Below, in pieces: positions 48,640-59,036 of a DNA stretch of 64,000 nt (its first letter is position 1; each line of letters starts with the position of its first letter). The notes under the pieces are model-generated. The model searched no databases. It was given only the letters and a program-made list of their open reading frames with translations, and was not told the DNA's origin. The DNA is from Candidatus Omnitrophota bacterium. GTDB taxonomy: Bacteria > CAIJMQ01. Made by a program: the position numbers and the translations under genes. The stretch is from positions 244,289-308,288 of the forward strand of contig JAHJCU010000004.1 of the NCBI GenBank assembly GCA_018812925.1, written 5' to 3'.

Positions 48640-50022
48640 ATGTTAAATAAATCTGATACTATCGCCGCTATCTCCACCCCTCTCGGCGAGGGCGGAATCG
48701 GTATCGTCAGATTATCGGGGAAGAAGGCGCTGACAATTGCGGATAAGTTATTTAAAGGCAGAAACGGCGCCACCCCTTCAAAACTTCCTTCATATACTAT
48801 TCATTACGGTCATATCATAAGAAACAAAGAAATCTTAGATGAGGTTATCCTCTCTATTATGAGAAAGCCGAAGAGTTATACCAGAGAGGATGTTGTTGAG
48901 ATAAATTGTCACGGGGGAATACTTCCACTTAGAAAAACGCTTGAAGCAGTCCTTGAATGCGGGGCGAGGTTGGCTGAACCGGGTGAATTTACCAAGAGGG
49001 CATTTTTAAACGGAAGGATAGATCTAACTCAAGCCGAAGCGGTTATAAATATCGTTGAAGCGAAAACAGAACTTGCGCTTAAGTCGGCAATATCGCAATT
49101 AAAAGGCGCATTTTCTAAAAAGGTACAAGAACTTAAAGACGAAACTTTAGAATTATTAACTTTGTTCGAAGCTGAATTGGATTTTCCCGAAGAGGATATT
49201 GAAAAAACAAAACGGAACAAACTAATAGAGAGGATTAAACGGATAACATCCGAAACTGATAAATTGTTAAGACAAAGCAGGGAAGGTGAAATTCTGCGTG
49301 ACGGCTTGTTGGTGCTTTTAATCGGCAAAGCAAATGTCGGCAAATCCACTTTCTTAAACCGCTTGGTAGGAAAAGAACGGGCAATAGTCACACATATACC
49401 AGGCACTACGCGGGATATTATTGAGGAATGGATTAATATCGAAGGCATACCCGTAAAAATAGTTGATACTGCAGGATTTAAAAAAATAGAAAATATAATT
49501 GATAAAAAGGCGCAAGAGAAAGTTGAAGAAAAACTGGCAGATGCAAACCTTGTTCTGTTTATGGTTGACGGAACAAAATCGTTATCAAGCCAAGATAAAG
49601 AAATTGCAAAGATTATAAAAGATAAAAAGATGCTGTGTCTGATAAATAAAGTTGACCTACCTGAAAAGATATCTAAAAATAAGCTCAAAAGTTTAATAGG
49701 CAATAAGAAGGTTCTTGAAATATCGGCGCTGAAAGGAAAAGGCATTAATGCGATTAAGAAGTTTATAAGGGATAGCGTGTTTGCAGGCGGGGTGTCAGCC
49801 GGCGAAAGCACTATTATGGTAAACGCCAGAAGCAGAGAATCTTTGAAAGACGCATATAACGGACTTCTTAAGGGTTTTGATGCGATAACAGAAGGTTTAA
49901 GTGAAGAATTTATTGCTGTTGACTTGAAAGAATCGCTGAATTCGTTTAAAAAGATTTTAGGCGAAACACTGGAAGAAGATATACTGGACAGAATTTTTCA
50001 AAAGTTTTGTATAGGAAAATAA
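48640..50022 (+). CDS. mnmE: tRNA modification GTPase MnmE
   Basis: DTIAAISTP, GKANVGKS, GTTRD, DTAG, NKVD, FCIGK. Confidence 0.97.
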   Translation: MLNKSDTIAAISTPLGEGGIGIVRLSGKKALTIADKLFKGRNGATPSKLPSYTIHYGHIIRNKEILDEVILSIMRKPKSYTREDVVEINCHGGILPLRKTLEAVLECGARLAEPGEFTKRAFLNGRIDLTQAEAVINIVEAKTELALKSAISQLKGAFSKKVQELKDETLELLTLFEAELDFPEEDIEKTKRNKLIERIKRITSETDKLLRQSREGEILRDGLLVLLIGKANVGKSTFLNRLVGKERAIVTHIPGTTRDIIEEWINIEGIPVKIVDTAGFKKIENIIDKKAQEKVEEKLADANLVLFMVDGTKSLSSQDKEIAKIIKDKKMLCLINKVDLPEKISKNKLKSLIGNKKVLEISALKGKGINAIKKFIRDSVFAGGVSAGESTIMVNARSRESLKDAYNGLLKGFDAITEGLSEEFIAVDLKESLNSFKKILGETLEEDILDRIFQKFCIGK

Positions 50023-50030
50023 CTAAAAAT

Positions 50031-50103
50031 CGGTTATCGTAAAGATAAAACGGTTTGCGATTTGCGTTAAAGATTATTTGCGAAAATCGATAACCTATAA
50101 CCG
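50031..50103 (+). repeat. CGGTT/AACCG repeat element upstream of four-helix-bundle gene
   Basis: Near-identical to 48549-48621. Confidence 0.9.
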
Positions 50104-50130
50104 TCTTTTGTTTTTGCGAATTATAAAGAC

Positions 50131-50493
50131 ATGAATATTATAAAAAGTTATAAAGATTTAGAAGTATGGAAGAAAGGCATTGAGTTGGTAAAAAAAGTTT
50201 ATCTCATCACAAAGAAATTTCCTAAGGAAGAAGTATATGGATTGACTAATCAGATGCGAAGAGCGGCGGTGTCTATTCCTTCAAATATTGCTGAAGGAAA
50301 AATGAGACAACATACTAATGAATATGTTCAATTCTTGTATATAGCACTTGGTTCTTGTGGGGAGTTAGATACCCAGTTGATTATTTCCGAACAATTGGGA
50401 TATATTTCTAAACAAGATGCATTAAGTTTTGCTGATGAAAGCGATCATATTTCACGAATGATAAGGAATCTCATTAAAACCATAAGAAAATGA
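50131..50493 (+). CDS. Four helix bundle protein (23S rRNA IVP / Avd-like family)
   Basis: YKDLEVWK, FPKEEVYGLTNQMRRAAVSIPSNIAEG, FLYIALGS..EL.TQL. Confidence 0.93.
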   Translation: MNIIKSYKDLEVWKKGIELVKKVYLITKKFPKEEVYGLTNQMRRAAVSIPSNIAEGKMRQHTNEYVQFLYIALGSCGELDTQLIISEQLGYISKQDALSFADESDHISRMIRNLIKTIRK

Positions 50494-50504
50494 ATCATTT
50501 ATTA

Positions 50505-50544
50505 TTGTTTTTGCGAAAACCGAACACCTATAACCGATAACCGT
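50505..50544 (+). repeat. Right arm of the CGGTT/AACCG element after the four-helix-bundle gene
   Basis: TTGTTTTTGCGAAAACCGAACACCTATAACCGATAACCG; first 13 nt repeat 50108-50120. Confidence 0.85.
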
Positions 50545-50556
50545 TATTTAGAAGAT

Positions 50557-51165
50557 ATGAATATACTTTACGCTTTTGCGCATATTATACTTAATCCCAT
50601 TTTCAAGATTCTTTTCAGATGGGACATAAAAGGTAAAGATAACATTCCAAAAAGAGGCGGTGTTATTTTGGCGGCGCATCATGAAAGTTATCTTGACCCT
50701 ATGCTAGTAGGTACCGCCTCACCTCGACAGATTTATTTCTTGGCAAGGAAAGAATTGTTTCAACTCGGTTGTTTCTCGTGGCTTATAAAAAGACTGAACA
50801 CTATACCTATTTCAAGAGAACAGCTGCAAATCGGCACATTGAAAAAATCACTTCAGATTCTAAAGGAAGGTAAAGTCTTGCTCCTTTTTCCCGAAGGGAC
50901 AAGAAGCCCGGCAGGCACAATATCGGAAGGCGAAAAAGGAGTCGGGCTTATTGCCTCCAAGTCAAATGTTGCGGTAATACCTGTTTTAATAAAGGGTAGC
51001 GGCTATGCATTAACCAGAGATACGAATCGAATTACTCCTCATAAAATTTCTGTTGTATTCGGAAAACCGTTATATTTTGAAAACTTGGATAGTGAATCAA
51101 AGAAGGACGCTTATCAGGAATTTACCGATAGAGTTATGGAGGAAATGAGAAAGTTAGCCCCCTAA
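50557..51165 (+). CDS. plsC: 1-acyl-sn-glycerol-3-phosphate acyltransferase
   Basis: HESYLD (Hx4D), FPEGTRS. Confidence 0.92.
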   Translation: MNILYAFAHIILNPIFKILFRWDIKGKDNIPKRGGVILAAHHESYLDPMLVGTASPRQIYFLARKELFQLGCFSWLIKRLNTIPISREQLQIGTLKKSLQILKEGKVLLLFPEGTRSPAGTISEGEKGVGLIASKSNVAVIPVLIKGSGYALTRDTNRITPHKISVVFGKPLYFENLDSESKKDAYQEFTDRVMEEMRKLAP

Positions 51166-51198
51166 GAAAAATTGTTGTTATAAAAAATAAAATCGGGA

Positions 51199-52083
51199 TT
51201 AGTGAATTTTAACTTTTAACAACCTGCTTAATTCTATAACAAGCGGCGAAGCGATATAAATACTGGAATATGTTCCCACCACTATTCCTACCGCTAAAGC
51301 AAAAGCAAAATCTTTTATTACCGGACCGCCTAAAAATAATAATGCAAGAACAGGAACAAGTGTGGTGCCGGAGGTAATTATTGTCCTTGGAAGCGTTTGA
51401 TTTATAGAAGCGTTGATTGTTTCCGGGATATGTTTATGGCGCGAAAGTTTCATGTTTTCTCTTATTCTGTCGAAGACTACTATTGTATCGTTTAAGGAAT
51501 ATCCCACAATCGTCAAAAGCGCGGCAACAACCGAAAGTGAAATTTCTTTTCTTGCAAGCGAAAATATGCCGACCGTAAACAACACATCATGGAAAAGACA
51601 TATAACAGCGGCAAATCCGAAAGTGAATTTAAATCTCCAAGCTGTATATATAAGAATACCGATTAGAGCAAAAAACACGGCGATAAGCGCTTGTCTTTTC
51701 ATTAAGTTGCCGACTACAGGACCTATTGTGATTTCTTCCTCCACTAGAGGAATAAAAGACACGAACTTACTATTAATAACTGTCTGAATTTCTTTTCTTG
51801 TTTCGCCGGCTGTCTTTATAAGGACTCCCTTTCCTGCGTTGTATGATTGAATAGTGCTTTTGGCAAGACCCGCTTCCGCCAAAGCATTCCTCACATCACC
51901 CGTATTTACCGATTCTGAAAACTTGTATCTGACAAGAGTGCCGCCTGTAAAATCAATCCCGAAATTAGCAGGACCTCTTAAGAAAAAACTTATCAGTCCG
52001 ATAAGGACTAAACTTGAAGACGCAATAAACGCAATCTTCCTGTATTTCATAAAATCTATATTTGTGTCTTTTATAAATCGCAT
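51199..52083 (-). CDS. secF: Protein translocase subunit SecF
   Basis: GIDFTGG, HDV, GYSLNDTIVVFDRIRE, GTYSSIYIA. Confidence 0.96.
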   Translation of the reverse strand: MRFIKDTNIDFMKYRKIAFIASSSLVLIGLISFFLRGPANFGIDFTGGTLVRYKFSESVNTGDVRNALAEAGLAKSTIQSYNAGKGVLIKTAGETRKEIQTVINSKFVSFIPLVEEEITIGPVVGNLMKRQALIAVFFALIGILIYTAWRFKFTFGFAAVICLFHDVLFTVGIFSLARKEISLSVVAALLTIVGYSLNDTIVVFDRIRENMKLSRHKHIPETINASINQTLPRTIITSGTTLVPVLALLFLGGPVIKDFAFALAVGIVVGTYSSIYIASPLVIELSRLLKVKIH

Positions 52084-52097
52084 ATTTAACTACCTCA

Positions 52098-52189
52098 AAT
52101 CCAGATTCCAGATGCTTGATACCAGATTCTTGTTAATAAATTTTATCCTTCTGTTTTTGCTAGTATCCGGTATCTAGCATCAAGTATCA
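52098..52189. repeat. Inverted 7-mer array (GATRCYA / TAGYATC)
   Basis: CCAGATT CCAGATG CTTGATA CCAGATT ... TAGTATC CGGTATC TAGCATC AAGTATC. Confidence 0.75.
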
Positions 52190-53638
52190 TATGCTCAATC
52201 TCTTTACTTTCCTTACATATATTAAATAGTCAAAAATTAGTTTGGTAACAACTAAAGCTGTAAACATGCTCGCAACTATCCCGATAGATAAAACAACCGC
52301 AAAACCTTTTATAGGGCCGGTTCCGAAATAGAACAGAACTAAAGCCGAAATAAGTGTAGTAATATTTGCATCAATAATGGTAATAAGCGCTTTGCTGTAA
52401 CCGGAATCCACTGCAGCTCTAATTGTCTTGTTTTGGGCAAGTTCTTCTCTTATCCTTTCAAATACCAGAACATTGGCGTCCACGCTCATGCCTATGGTCA
52501 AAACCAAACCTGCTATTCCTGGAAGAGTTAAAGTAGCGCGAAGACTCGCTAATGCTCCCAATATTAAAAGCAGACACAGACAAAGGGCAAAATTCGCAAT
52601 CACCCCGGAAAAAGCGTAGTAGATAGACATAAACAAAACCACCAGTATAATTCCCAGAAGAGCAGCTCTAAAGCCCTGTCTTATGGAATCTTCACCAAGC
52701 GTAGGACCCACCTTCATAATAGATAAAACTTCTATTGGAACAGGCAAAGCGCCTGCTCTCAATATGGAAGCCAAAGTACTTGCCTCTTCCATATCAAAAT
52801 TTCCGCTAATCCGCGCACTACCACCTGAAATTTTCTCGCTTATATTGGGAGCGGAATGCACTTTGCCGTCAAGAAGAATAGCTAATCTCCTATTTACGTT
52901 TTCGCCAGTCAACCTTGAGAAAATCCTTGCTCCGATTGTGTTGAATTGTAAACTTACTTCCGGCATACCTAAATTTCCAAAACCAACGAATGCGTTTGTA
53001 AGATATTCACCGCCAAGAGATGCTTCTTTACGTAACAACAATGCTTCCGTTTCACCATTTTCCTTGGTTAGATATTTAAGTTCTAAATTTGAAGGGATTT
53101 CTCCTTTTTTTGCTTTTTCTATTAAATCCGAATTATCGTTCACATCGGCTTCGACGAGTTTAAATTCCAAATAGGCAATTCTACTGACCACTTCCAAAGC
53201 TTTATCCGTATCAACCACTCCGGGAAGTTGAACAACAATTTGGTCTGCGCCTTGCTTTTGTATTTGCGGCTCGGAAACTCCAAACTCGTCTATCCTGTTT
53301 TTGATAATTTCTAAAGTTCTGTCAACCGCTTTGTTCCTTCTGGTTTTCTGCACCTGAAGAATTTCTTGTATAAGTTTCCCTTTATTTTTGTTGTTGGAGT
53401 CGATGCCCATTTTTCCTGATATCTTCTGTATTTCTTCAGGAGTGTTTGTTTCCAATACATCTTGCGTCATATTCATCATAGGGTCTAAATCAAGTTTCGC
53501 ACCCAAGACCAGATGTATTCCACCCTTAAGGTCAAGTCCTCTGTTGATTTTTGTTTGAGGCGGATACATGCTCCAGAAAGCAAGACCGACAACAATGACC
53601 ACTAATATGAGCCGATAGTTTAAACTTCTTGTATTCAT
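52187..53638 (-). CDS. secD: Protein translocase subunit SecD
   Basis: GLDLKGG, RID.FGVSEP, LRAGALP, VDANVL.FERIREE. Confidence 0.96.
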   Translation of the reverse strand: MNTRSLNYRLILVVIVVGLAFWSMYPPQTKINRGLDLKGGIHLVLGAKLDLDPMMNMTQDVLETNTPEEIQKISGKMGIDSNNKNKGKLIQEILQVQKTRRNKAVDRTLEIIKNRIDEFGVSEPQIQKQGADQIVVQLPGVVDTDKALEVVSRIAYLEFKLVEADVNDNSDLIEKAKKGEIPSNLELKYLTKENGETEALLLRKEASLGGEYLTNAFVGFGNLGMPEVSLQFNTIGARIFSRLTGENVNRRLAILLDGKVHSAPNISEKISGGSARISGNFDMEEASTLASILRAGALPVPIEVLSIMKVGPTLGEDSIRQGFRAALLGIILVVLFMSIYYAFSGVIANFALCLCLLLILGALASLRATLTLPGIAGLVLTIGMSVDANVLVFERIREELAQNKTIRAAVDSGYSKALITIIDANITTLISALVLFYFGTGPIKGFAVVLSIGIVASMFTALVVTKLIFDYLIYVRKVKRLSI

Positions 53639-53654
53639 TGTTTTTCTAAAATCA

Positions 53655-53741
53655 GGTTTTCGGGGATCGGTGTTCGGTTTTCGTTAAAAAACGTTTTTCT
53701 TTTCACGCTAACCGTAAACCGTTTTATCTTTACGATAACCG
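53655..53741 (-). repeat. CGGTT/AACCG repeat element, empty copy on the minus strand
   Basis: Reverse complement begins with the identical 26-nt core; lies between yajC and secD. Confidence 0.9.
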
Positions 53742-53745
53742 TTTT

Positions 53746-54066
53746 TTACTGTTCTTTTGCTTTATTACCAATAGCATTTTTCAAAATATCTATTTCCACG
53801 CCTTTTGCTATTTCAATGACAAATTTATTTTCTTTTATATCAACTATTTTACCGTAGATGCCGCCATTTGTTATAACTTTGTCCCCTCTTTTTAAAGCTT
53901 CCAGCATTGTCTTATGCTCTTTATCTTTCTTACGTTGCGGCATAATAATCAGAAAATAAAATATGCCGAAGATAAGAATAAAAGGAAGAAAAGCAGTAAG
54001 AGAATTACCACCACCGGCTGTTCCACCAGCACCTGAAGCCATTGCATATAAATTTTCCATATTCAA
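53746..54066 (-). CDS. yajC: Preprotein translocase subunit YajC
   Basis: FYFLII.PQ.K, L..GD.V.T.GG.YG; tgt-yajC-secD-secF order. Confidence 0.95.
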   Translation of the reverse strand: MNMENLYAMASGAGGTAGGGNSLTAFLPFILIFGIFYFLIIMPQRKKDKEHKTMLEALKRGDKVITNGGIYGKIVDIKENKFVIEIAKGVEIDILKNAIGNKAKEQ

Positions 54067-54133
54067 ACCCCCCTTTAATTAAAATTAAAAATCGAAAACA
54101 TCTATCAAAATATGTAAAATTTTACTATTTACA

Positions 54134-55258
<1,125 letters not shown>

Positions 55259-55329
55259 TCATTATAAACGAGTAAAAGAAGGGTTACAAGAAACAACCTT
55301 TGAATGTATCAGGAGTTCTTTGGTTAATT

Positions 55330-55914
55330 CTATTTCTTTGTTATTTGTTCAGCAAGTTCAGCAAGACGATATTCAATTCCCAGAAGTTTTTCGCGGGTGT
55401 TAAGTTCGGAGCGCACTATAACGGCTTGAAGCATCGCCACTGCTACAGCTACCTCACCAAAAAGTAGAAGAGCAAGCATCTGAACACCCATCAACCGATC
55501 TAATAATCCCCCTGAGATAACAAAAACTAAAATTGCTAATATTCCGAGGACAACCAAATCAAGTCCTGCTCGAGACAAGTAATCTTTCTTCAAATTAATA
55601 GTGCCTTTTTTGAGTATTCTGCCCTCAACTATGACAGTAATTAAACCGAAAACGGCACCCATTGCGCATATAAACCGACCCTGGAAGGGGAATCCCTTTT
55701 CAAGTATTGGCACAATTATCGCAAAAGCGCCAAAAAAAATAGTTAAGACCAAACCTGTAATTAGTCCTATTATATGAGGCAATTTTATGATACCTGTAAG
55801 TTTCCGTTCAATCATTGCTTGTACCTCCTTTTCGTATTTTTCTTTATAAGACAGATTAAATTGTTCGCTTTCTAATAGTTGGTCGCGGAAAGACTGGTAA
55901 GCGTTACTGTTCAT
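55330..55914 (-). CDS. Multi-TM protein, putative anti-sigma factor
   Basis: Four hydrophobic segments; overlaps the end of the ECF sigma gene. Confidence 0.65.
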   Translation of the reverse strand: MNSNAYQSFRDQLLESEQFNLSYKEKYEKEVQAMIERKLTGIIKLPHIIGLITGLVLTIFFGAFAIIVPILEKGFPFQGRFICAMGAVFGLITVIVEGRILKKGTINLKKDYLSRAGLDLVVLGILAILVFVISGGLLDRLMGVQMLALLLFGEVAVAVAMLQAVIVRSELNTREKLLGIEYRLAELAEQITKK

Positions 55915-56464
55915 TTCTCCCCTCCTTCTCTAATACAGTTCTAAGAGCACTTTTAGCATAATGGAGCCGTGATTTTACTGTTCCCATGGGAACTTCCAAA
56001 ACCTCTGCAATTTCTTCCAAGGAAAGGTCTTGTAGAAAGTAAAGCGTCAAAACATCCCTATGAGGTAAAGATATCCGGCTTAGTCCATAGTGAACCTGCT
56101 CTGCATCTTCAAAATGAAAATGTTCATTGTTCTCATCAATATAAGAAGTATTTTCATTCTCGTTAATTAAAACGAGTTTTGAATGTTGAGTTCTAAAGTG
56201 ACTCATAGCTGTATTTCGAGCAATTCTATATAACCATGGGGGTAAACTCCGTGGTTCACGCAACGATTTGATACCTCGAATGACTTTTAACCACACCTCT
56301 TGGAGAATATCCCAGGCATCTTGTTCGTTATCTACAAGTCTACGCACATAATAGAAAAGGCGCCTTTCCCAATTCCGAATCAATTCTTCCAAAGCATTCT
56401 TTTCTCCTCGCCTACAACGCAAGACAAGAAGTTCATAATAAATAGCTTCTTTTTCAGTTATCAT
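55904..56464 (-). CDS. ECF RNA polymerase sigma factor
   Basis: DA.DILQE.W, WLYRIARN, EIAEVL.VP.GTVKSRL. Confidence 0.93.
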   Translation of the reverse strand: MITEKEAIYYELLVLRCRRGEKNALEELIRNWERRLFYYVRRLVDNEQDAWDILQEVWLKVIRGIKSLREPRSLPPWLYRIARNTAMSHFRTQHSKLVLINENENTSYIDENNEHFHFEDAEQVHYGLSRISLPHRDVLTLYFLQDLSLEEIAEVLEVPMGTVKSRLHYAKSALRTVLEKEGRNEQ

Positions 56465-56571
56465 TATTTGGCTCTTTTATTATTATAGACGCAGAAAGAT
56501 ATGATTTGGTTCAATCCCTTTTAATTGATTTAATGAAGGAATCATAAGTCAAAAAAATTGTTGGGGATTTT

Positions 56572-56620
56572 ACCATACACTATAAACCGTCAACTATAGA
56601 CTATCAACTATAAACTATCT
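56572..56620. repeat. AACTAT-type 7-mer tandem array
   Basis: CACTATA AACCGTC AACTATA GACTATC AACTATA AACTATC; same family near 12580-12616 and 18231-18281. Confidence 0.75.
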
Positions 56621-57859
56621 TTAATACGGCGGGAATTTTTTGCACAGAGCTTTCACTTCTTCTCTGATTTGCTCAAGTTTTTTGTCGTCATTTCTGTTTG
56701 TTAACGCGCTATGAATAAATGAAACAATAAGTTCAATTTCTTTTTCACCCATACCTTGAGTCGTTACTGAAGGTGTTCCCAACCTGATTCCGGAAGTTAA
56801 TTTTGCCGATAGCGGGTCAAAGGGTATGGTATTCTTATTTATACATATATTAGCTTTTTTCAATATTTCTACTGTATCTTTACCGGTTATACCCTGAGGC
56901 CTTAAATCTACCAAAACAAGATGTGTATCCGTACCATCGGACACCAATCTGTAACCTAATTTTTTAAGAGAATCCGCCAATACTTTGGCATTGGCAATAA
57001 CTTTTTCCTGATATTTTTTAAATTCGTTAGTAGATGCCAAATGAAGAGCAATCGCCTTGGCCGCAATAACGTGCATAAGAGGACCGCCCTGAATTCCGGG
57101 AAAAACGGTAGAATCCACCTGTTTTGCAAATTTATTCTTGCACATTACGATACCTCCGCGAGGTCCCCTTAATGTTTTATGAGTAGTTGTCGTTGTAAAA
57201 TCCGTAAATGGATGCGGTGAAGGATGAAGCCCCGCCACAACCAATCCGGCAATATGCGCGATGTCGGCTAAAAGATATGCCTCCGTCCTTGACGCAATTT
57301 CCGAAAAAGTTTTAAAATCCACTTTTCTGGGATATGCAGTATAACCACATACAATCAATTTGGGCTTATGTTTTTTTGCCAGGTCTTCAACAATATTAAA
57401 ATCGATTGTTTCTGTTTTTTTATCTACACCATAAAAATAAGGTTTAAAAAACTTTCCTGAAAAATTTACACTGCTTCCGTGAGTAAGATGTCCGCCGGCA
57501 CGCAAATCCATAGCAAGAAACGCATCTCCGACTTTAAGAGTCGAAAAATAAACAGACATATTTGCCTGAGAACCAGAGTGCGGTTGGACATTGGCATATT
57601 CGCAATTGAACAGTTCTTTCGTTCTTTCAATCGCTATTTTTTCTACCTGGTCGATAAATTGACAACCACCGTAGTATCGGGCAAAAGAATAACCTTCAGC
57701 ATATTTATTCGTCAGAACAGAACCCTGCGCAGATAGCACAGGTAAGGAAGCAAAATTTTCAGACGCTATTAAGTTTATTGTCTCCTCCTCGCGTTCTACT
57801 TCTTTTTGAATCCACTTAAAAACTTCAGGGTCAGCAGTTTTTATGTCTTCATAATTCAT
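56621..57859 (-). CDS. glyA: Serine hydroxymethyltransferase
   Basis: LIASEN, NKYAEGY, QPHSGSQAN, TTTHKTLRGPRGG. Start set at the ATGA overlap with the ftsZ stop (alternative 57868). Confidence 0.97.
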   Translation of the reverse strand: MNYEDIKTADPEVFKWIQKEVEREEETINLIASENFASLPVLSAQGSVLTNKYAEGYSFARYYGGCQFIDQVEKIAIERTKELFNCEYANVQPHSGSQANMSVYFSTLKVGDAFLAMDLRAGGHLTHGSSVNFSGKFFKPYFYGVDKKTETIDFNIVEDLAKKHKPKLIVCGYTAYPRKVDFKTFSEIASRTEAYLLADIAHIAGLVVAGLHPSPHPFTDFTTTTTHKTLRGPRGGIVMCKNKFAKQVDSTVFPGIQGGPLMHVIAAKAIALHLASTNEFKKYQEKVIANAKVLADSLKKLGYRLVSDGTDTHLVLVDLRPQGITGKDTVEILKKANICINKNTIPFDPLSAKLTSGIRLGTPSVTTQGMGEKEIELIVSFIHSALTNRNDDKKLEQIREEVKALCKKFPPY

Positions 57860-58899
57860 TCTTTCCATAAGAAGGGACCTCCTTCACTTTTCTTTGTTGA
57901 TGAGATTGTGGATGCTTCTTTAAAATCCTGTATTGATTCAAGCATGGCTGTATCACCGACAATAATTACTTTGAGTTTGTTGTTGTATTTGGGCAGGGCA
58001 AAAGCTCCAAAAGTAATATAGGCATCGGAATGAACTCTGTGATTAATCATCTCTACGACCTGACTTACTTCTCTAAAGTTTAAATCTTCTCCGCCCATAA
58101 CACTTATTAAAACTCTTTTGAGTTTTCTAACACTGTTTTTCTCAAGCCACGGTGAATTAACTGCCAAATCTACGGCAGATAAAACTCTATTCTCACCTTC
58201 TGCTTCGCCGATAGCCAAAAGAACTTCCCTTCCGCCTTCTATGACTTTTCTAAATGCCGCCATATCCATATTTACTATCCCGGGATTTATTAAATGAGAA
58301 GAAAGACTCTCGATAAGCTCTGCAAAAACATGGTTTGCCTTTTCGAAACTTTCGGTCAAGGATAAATTTTCCGTAAAATTTGCAAATAATTTGTCATTCT
58401 CGATTGCAATTACAGCGTCTACACTTCTTTTCAACTCTTCTTTGCCTCTTATAGCTTTCATCTTTTTCTTTTTCCCTTCAAAAGAAAAAGGAAGCGATAT
58501 AACGGCAATAGTCATTATTCCCAATCCGCTTGCAATTTCCGAAATAACAGGAGCAGCGCCGGTTCCGGTGCCTCCGCCCATACCCGCTACGATGAACACA
58601 AGATGAGCTCCTTTTAACACCTGCACAATTTCTTCCCTTTGTTCTTCACAAGCTCTTTTTGCAGCATCTAAATTGCCGCCTGTTCCCTCGCCTTTAGTTG
58701 TATATGTTCCCAATTCTATTTTTATAGGAGCCAATGAGGCCTTCAGAGCTTGAGAATCCGTATTGATATTAATGAATTCTATACCCGAAAAAGTATCTCT
58801 TGCCGCTAAATTTACGATATTGCCCCCGGCTCCGCCTACGCCGAAAACTTTGATACTTAAAGCGGATTTGCCGTTTATTTTATTATCTATTTTAAACAT
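57856..58899 (-). CDS. ftsZ: Cell division protein FtsZ (divergent)
   Basis: GVGGAGGN, NTD.QAL, GMGGGTGTG, PF.FEG; follows ftsA. Confidence 0.9.
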   Translation of the reverse strand: MFKIDNKINGKSALSIKVFGVGGAGGNIVNLAARDTFSGIEFININTDSQALKASLAPIKIELGTYTTKGEGTGGNLDAAKRACEEQREEIVQVLKGAHLVFIVAGMGGGTGTGAAPVISEIASGLGIMTIAVISLPFSFEGKKKKMKAIRGKEELKRSVDAVIAIENDKLFANFTENLSLTESFEKANHVFAELIESLSSHLINPGIVNMDMAAFRKVIEGGREVLLAIGEAEGENRVLSAVDLAVNSPWLEKNSVRKLKRVLISVMGGEDLNFREVSQVVEMINHRVHSDAYITFGAFALPKYNNKLKVIIVGDTAMLESIQDFKEASTISSTKKSEGGPFLWKE

Positions 58900-58930
58900 A
58901 TTTTTATTCCCAACTTATCTTATTTACTGA

Positions 58931-59034
58931 ACCCCGCCTCGTAAAACATCGGAAAAATTTCTTCCCCGCCTGCCAATCTTTTGCAGGCAGAGATATTTTT
59001 CCGATACTCTGTGGGGTAATCGAAACTACATTTC
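58931..59034. repeat. Family E hairpin with a family D hairpin in its loop
   Basis: ACATCGGAAAAATTT [CCCCGCCTGCC...GCAGGCAG] ATATTTTTCCGATACTCTG. Confidence 0.8.
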
Positions 59035-59036
59035 GA

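Noticed and set aside
50131..50493. Diversity-generating retroelement or 23S rRNA intervening sequence
   Set aside because: No reverse transcriptase, no TR/VR pair with adenine-specific differences, and no rRNA in the window.
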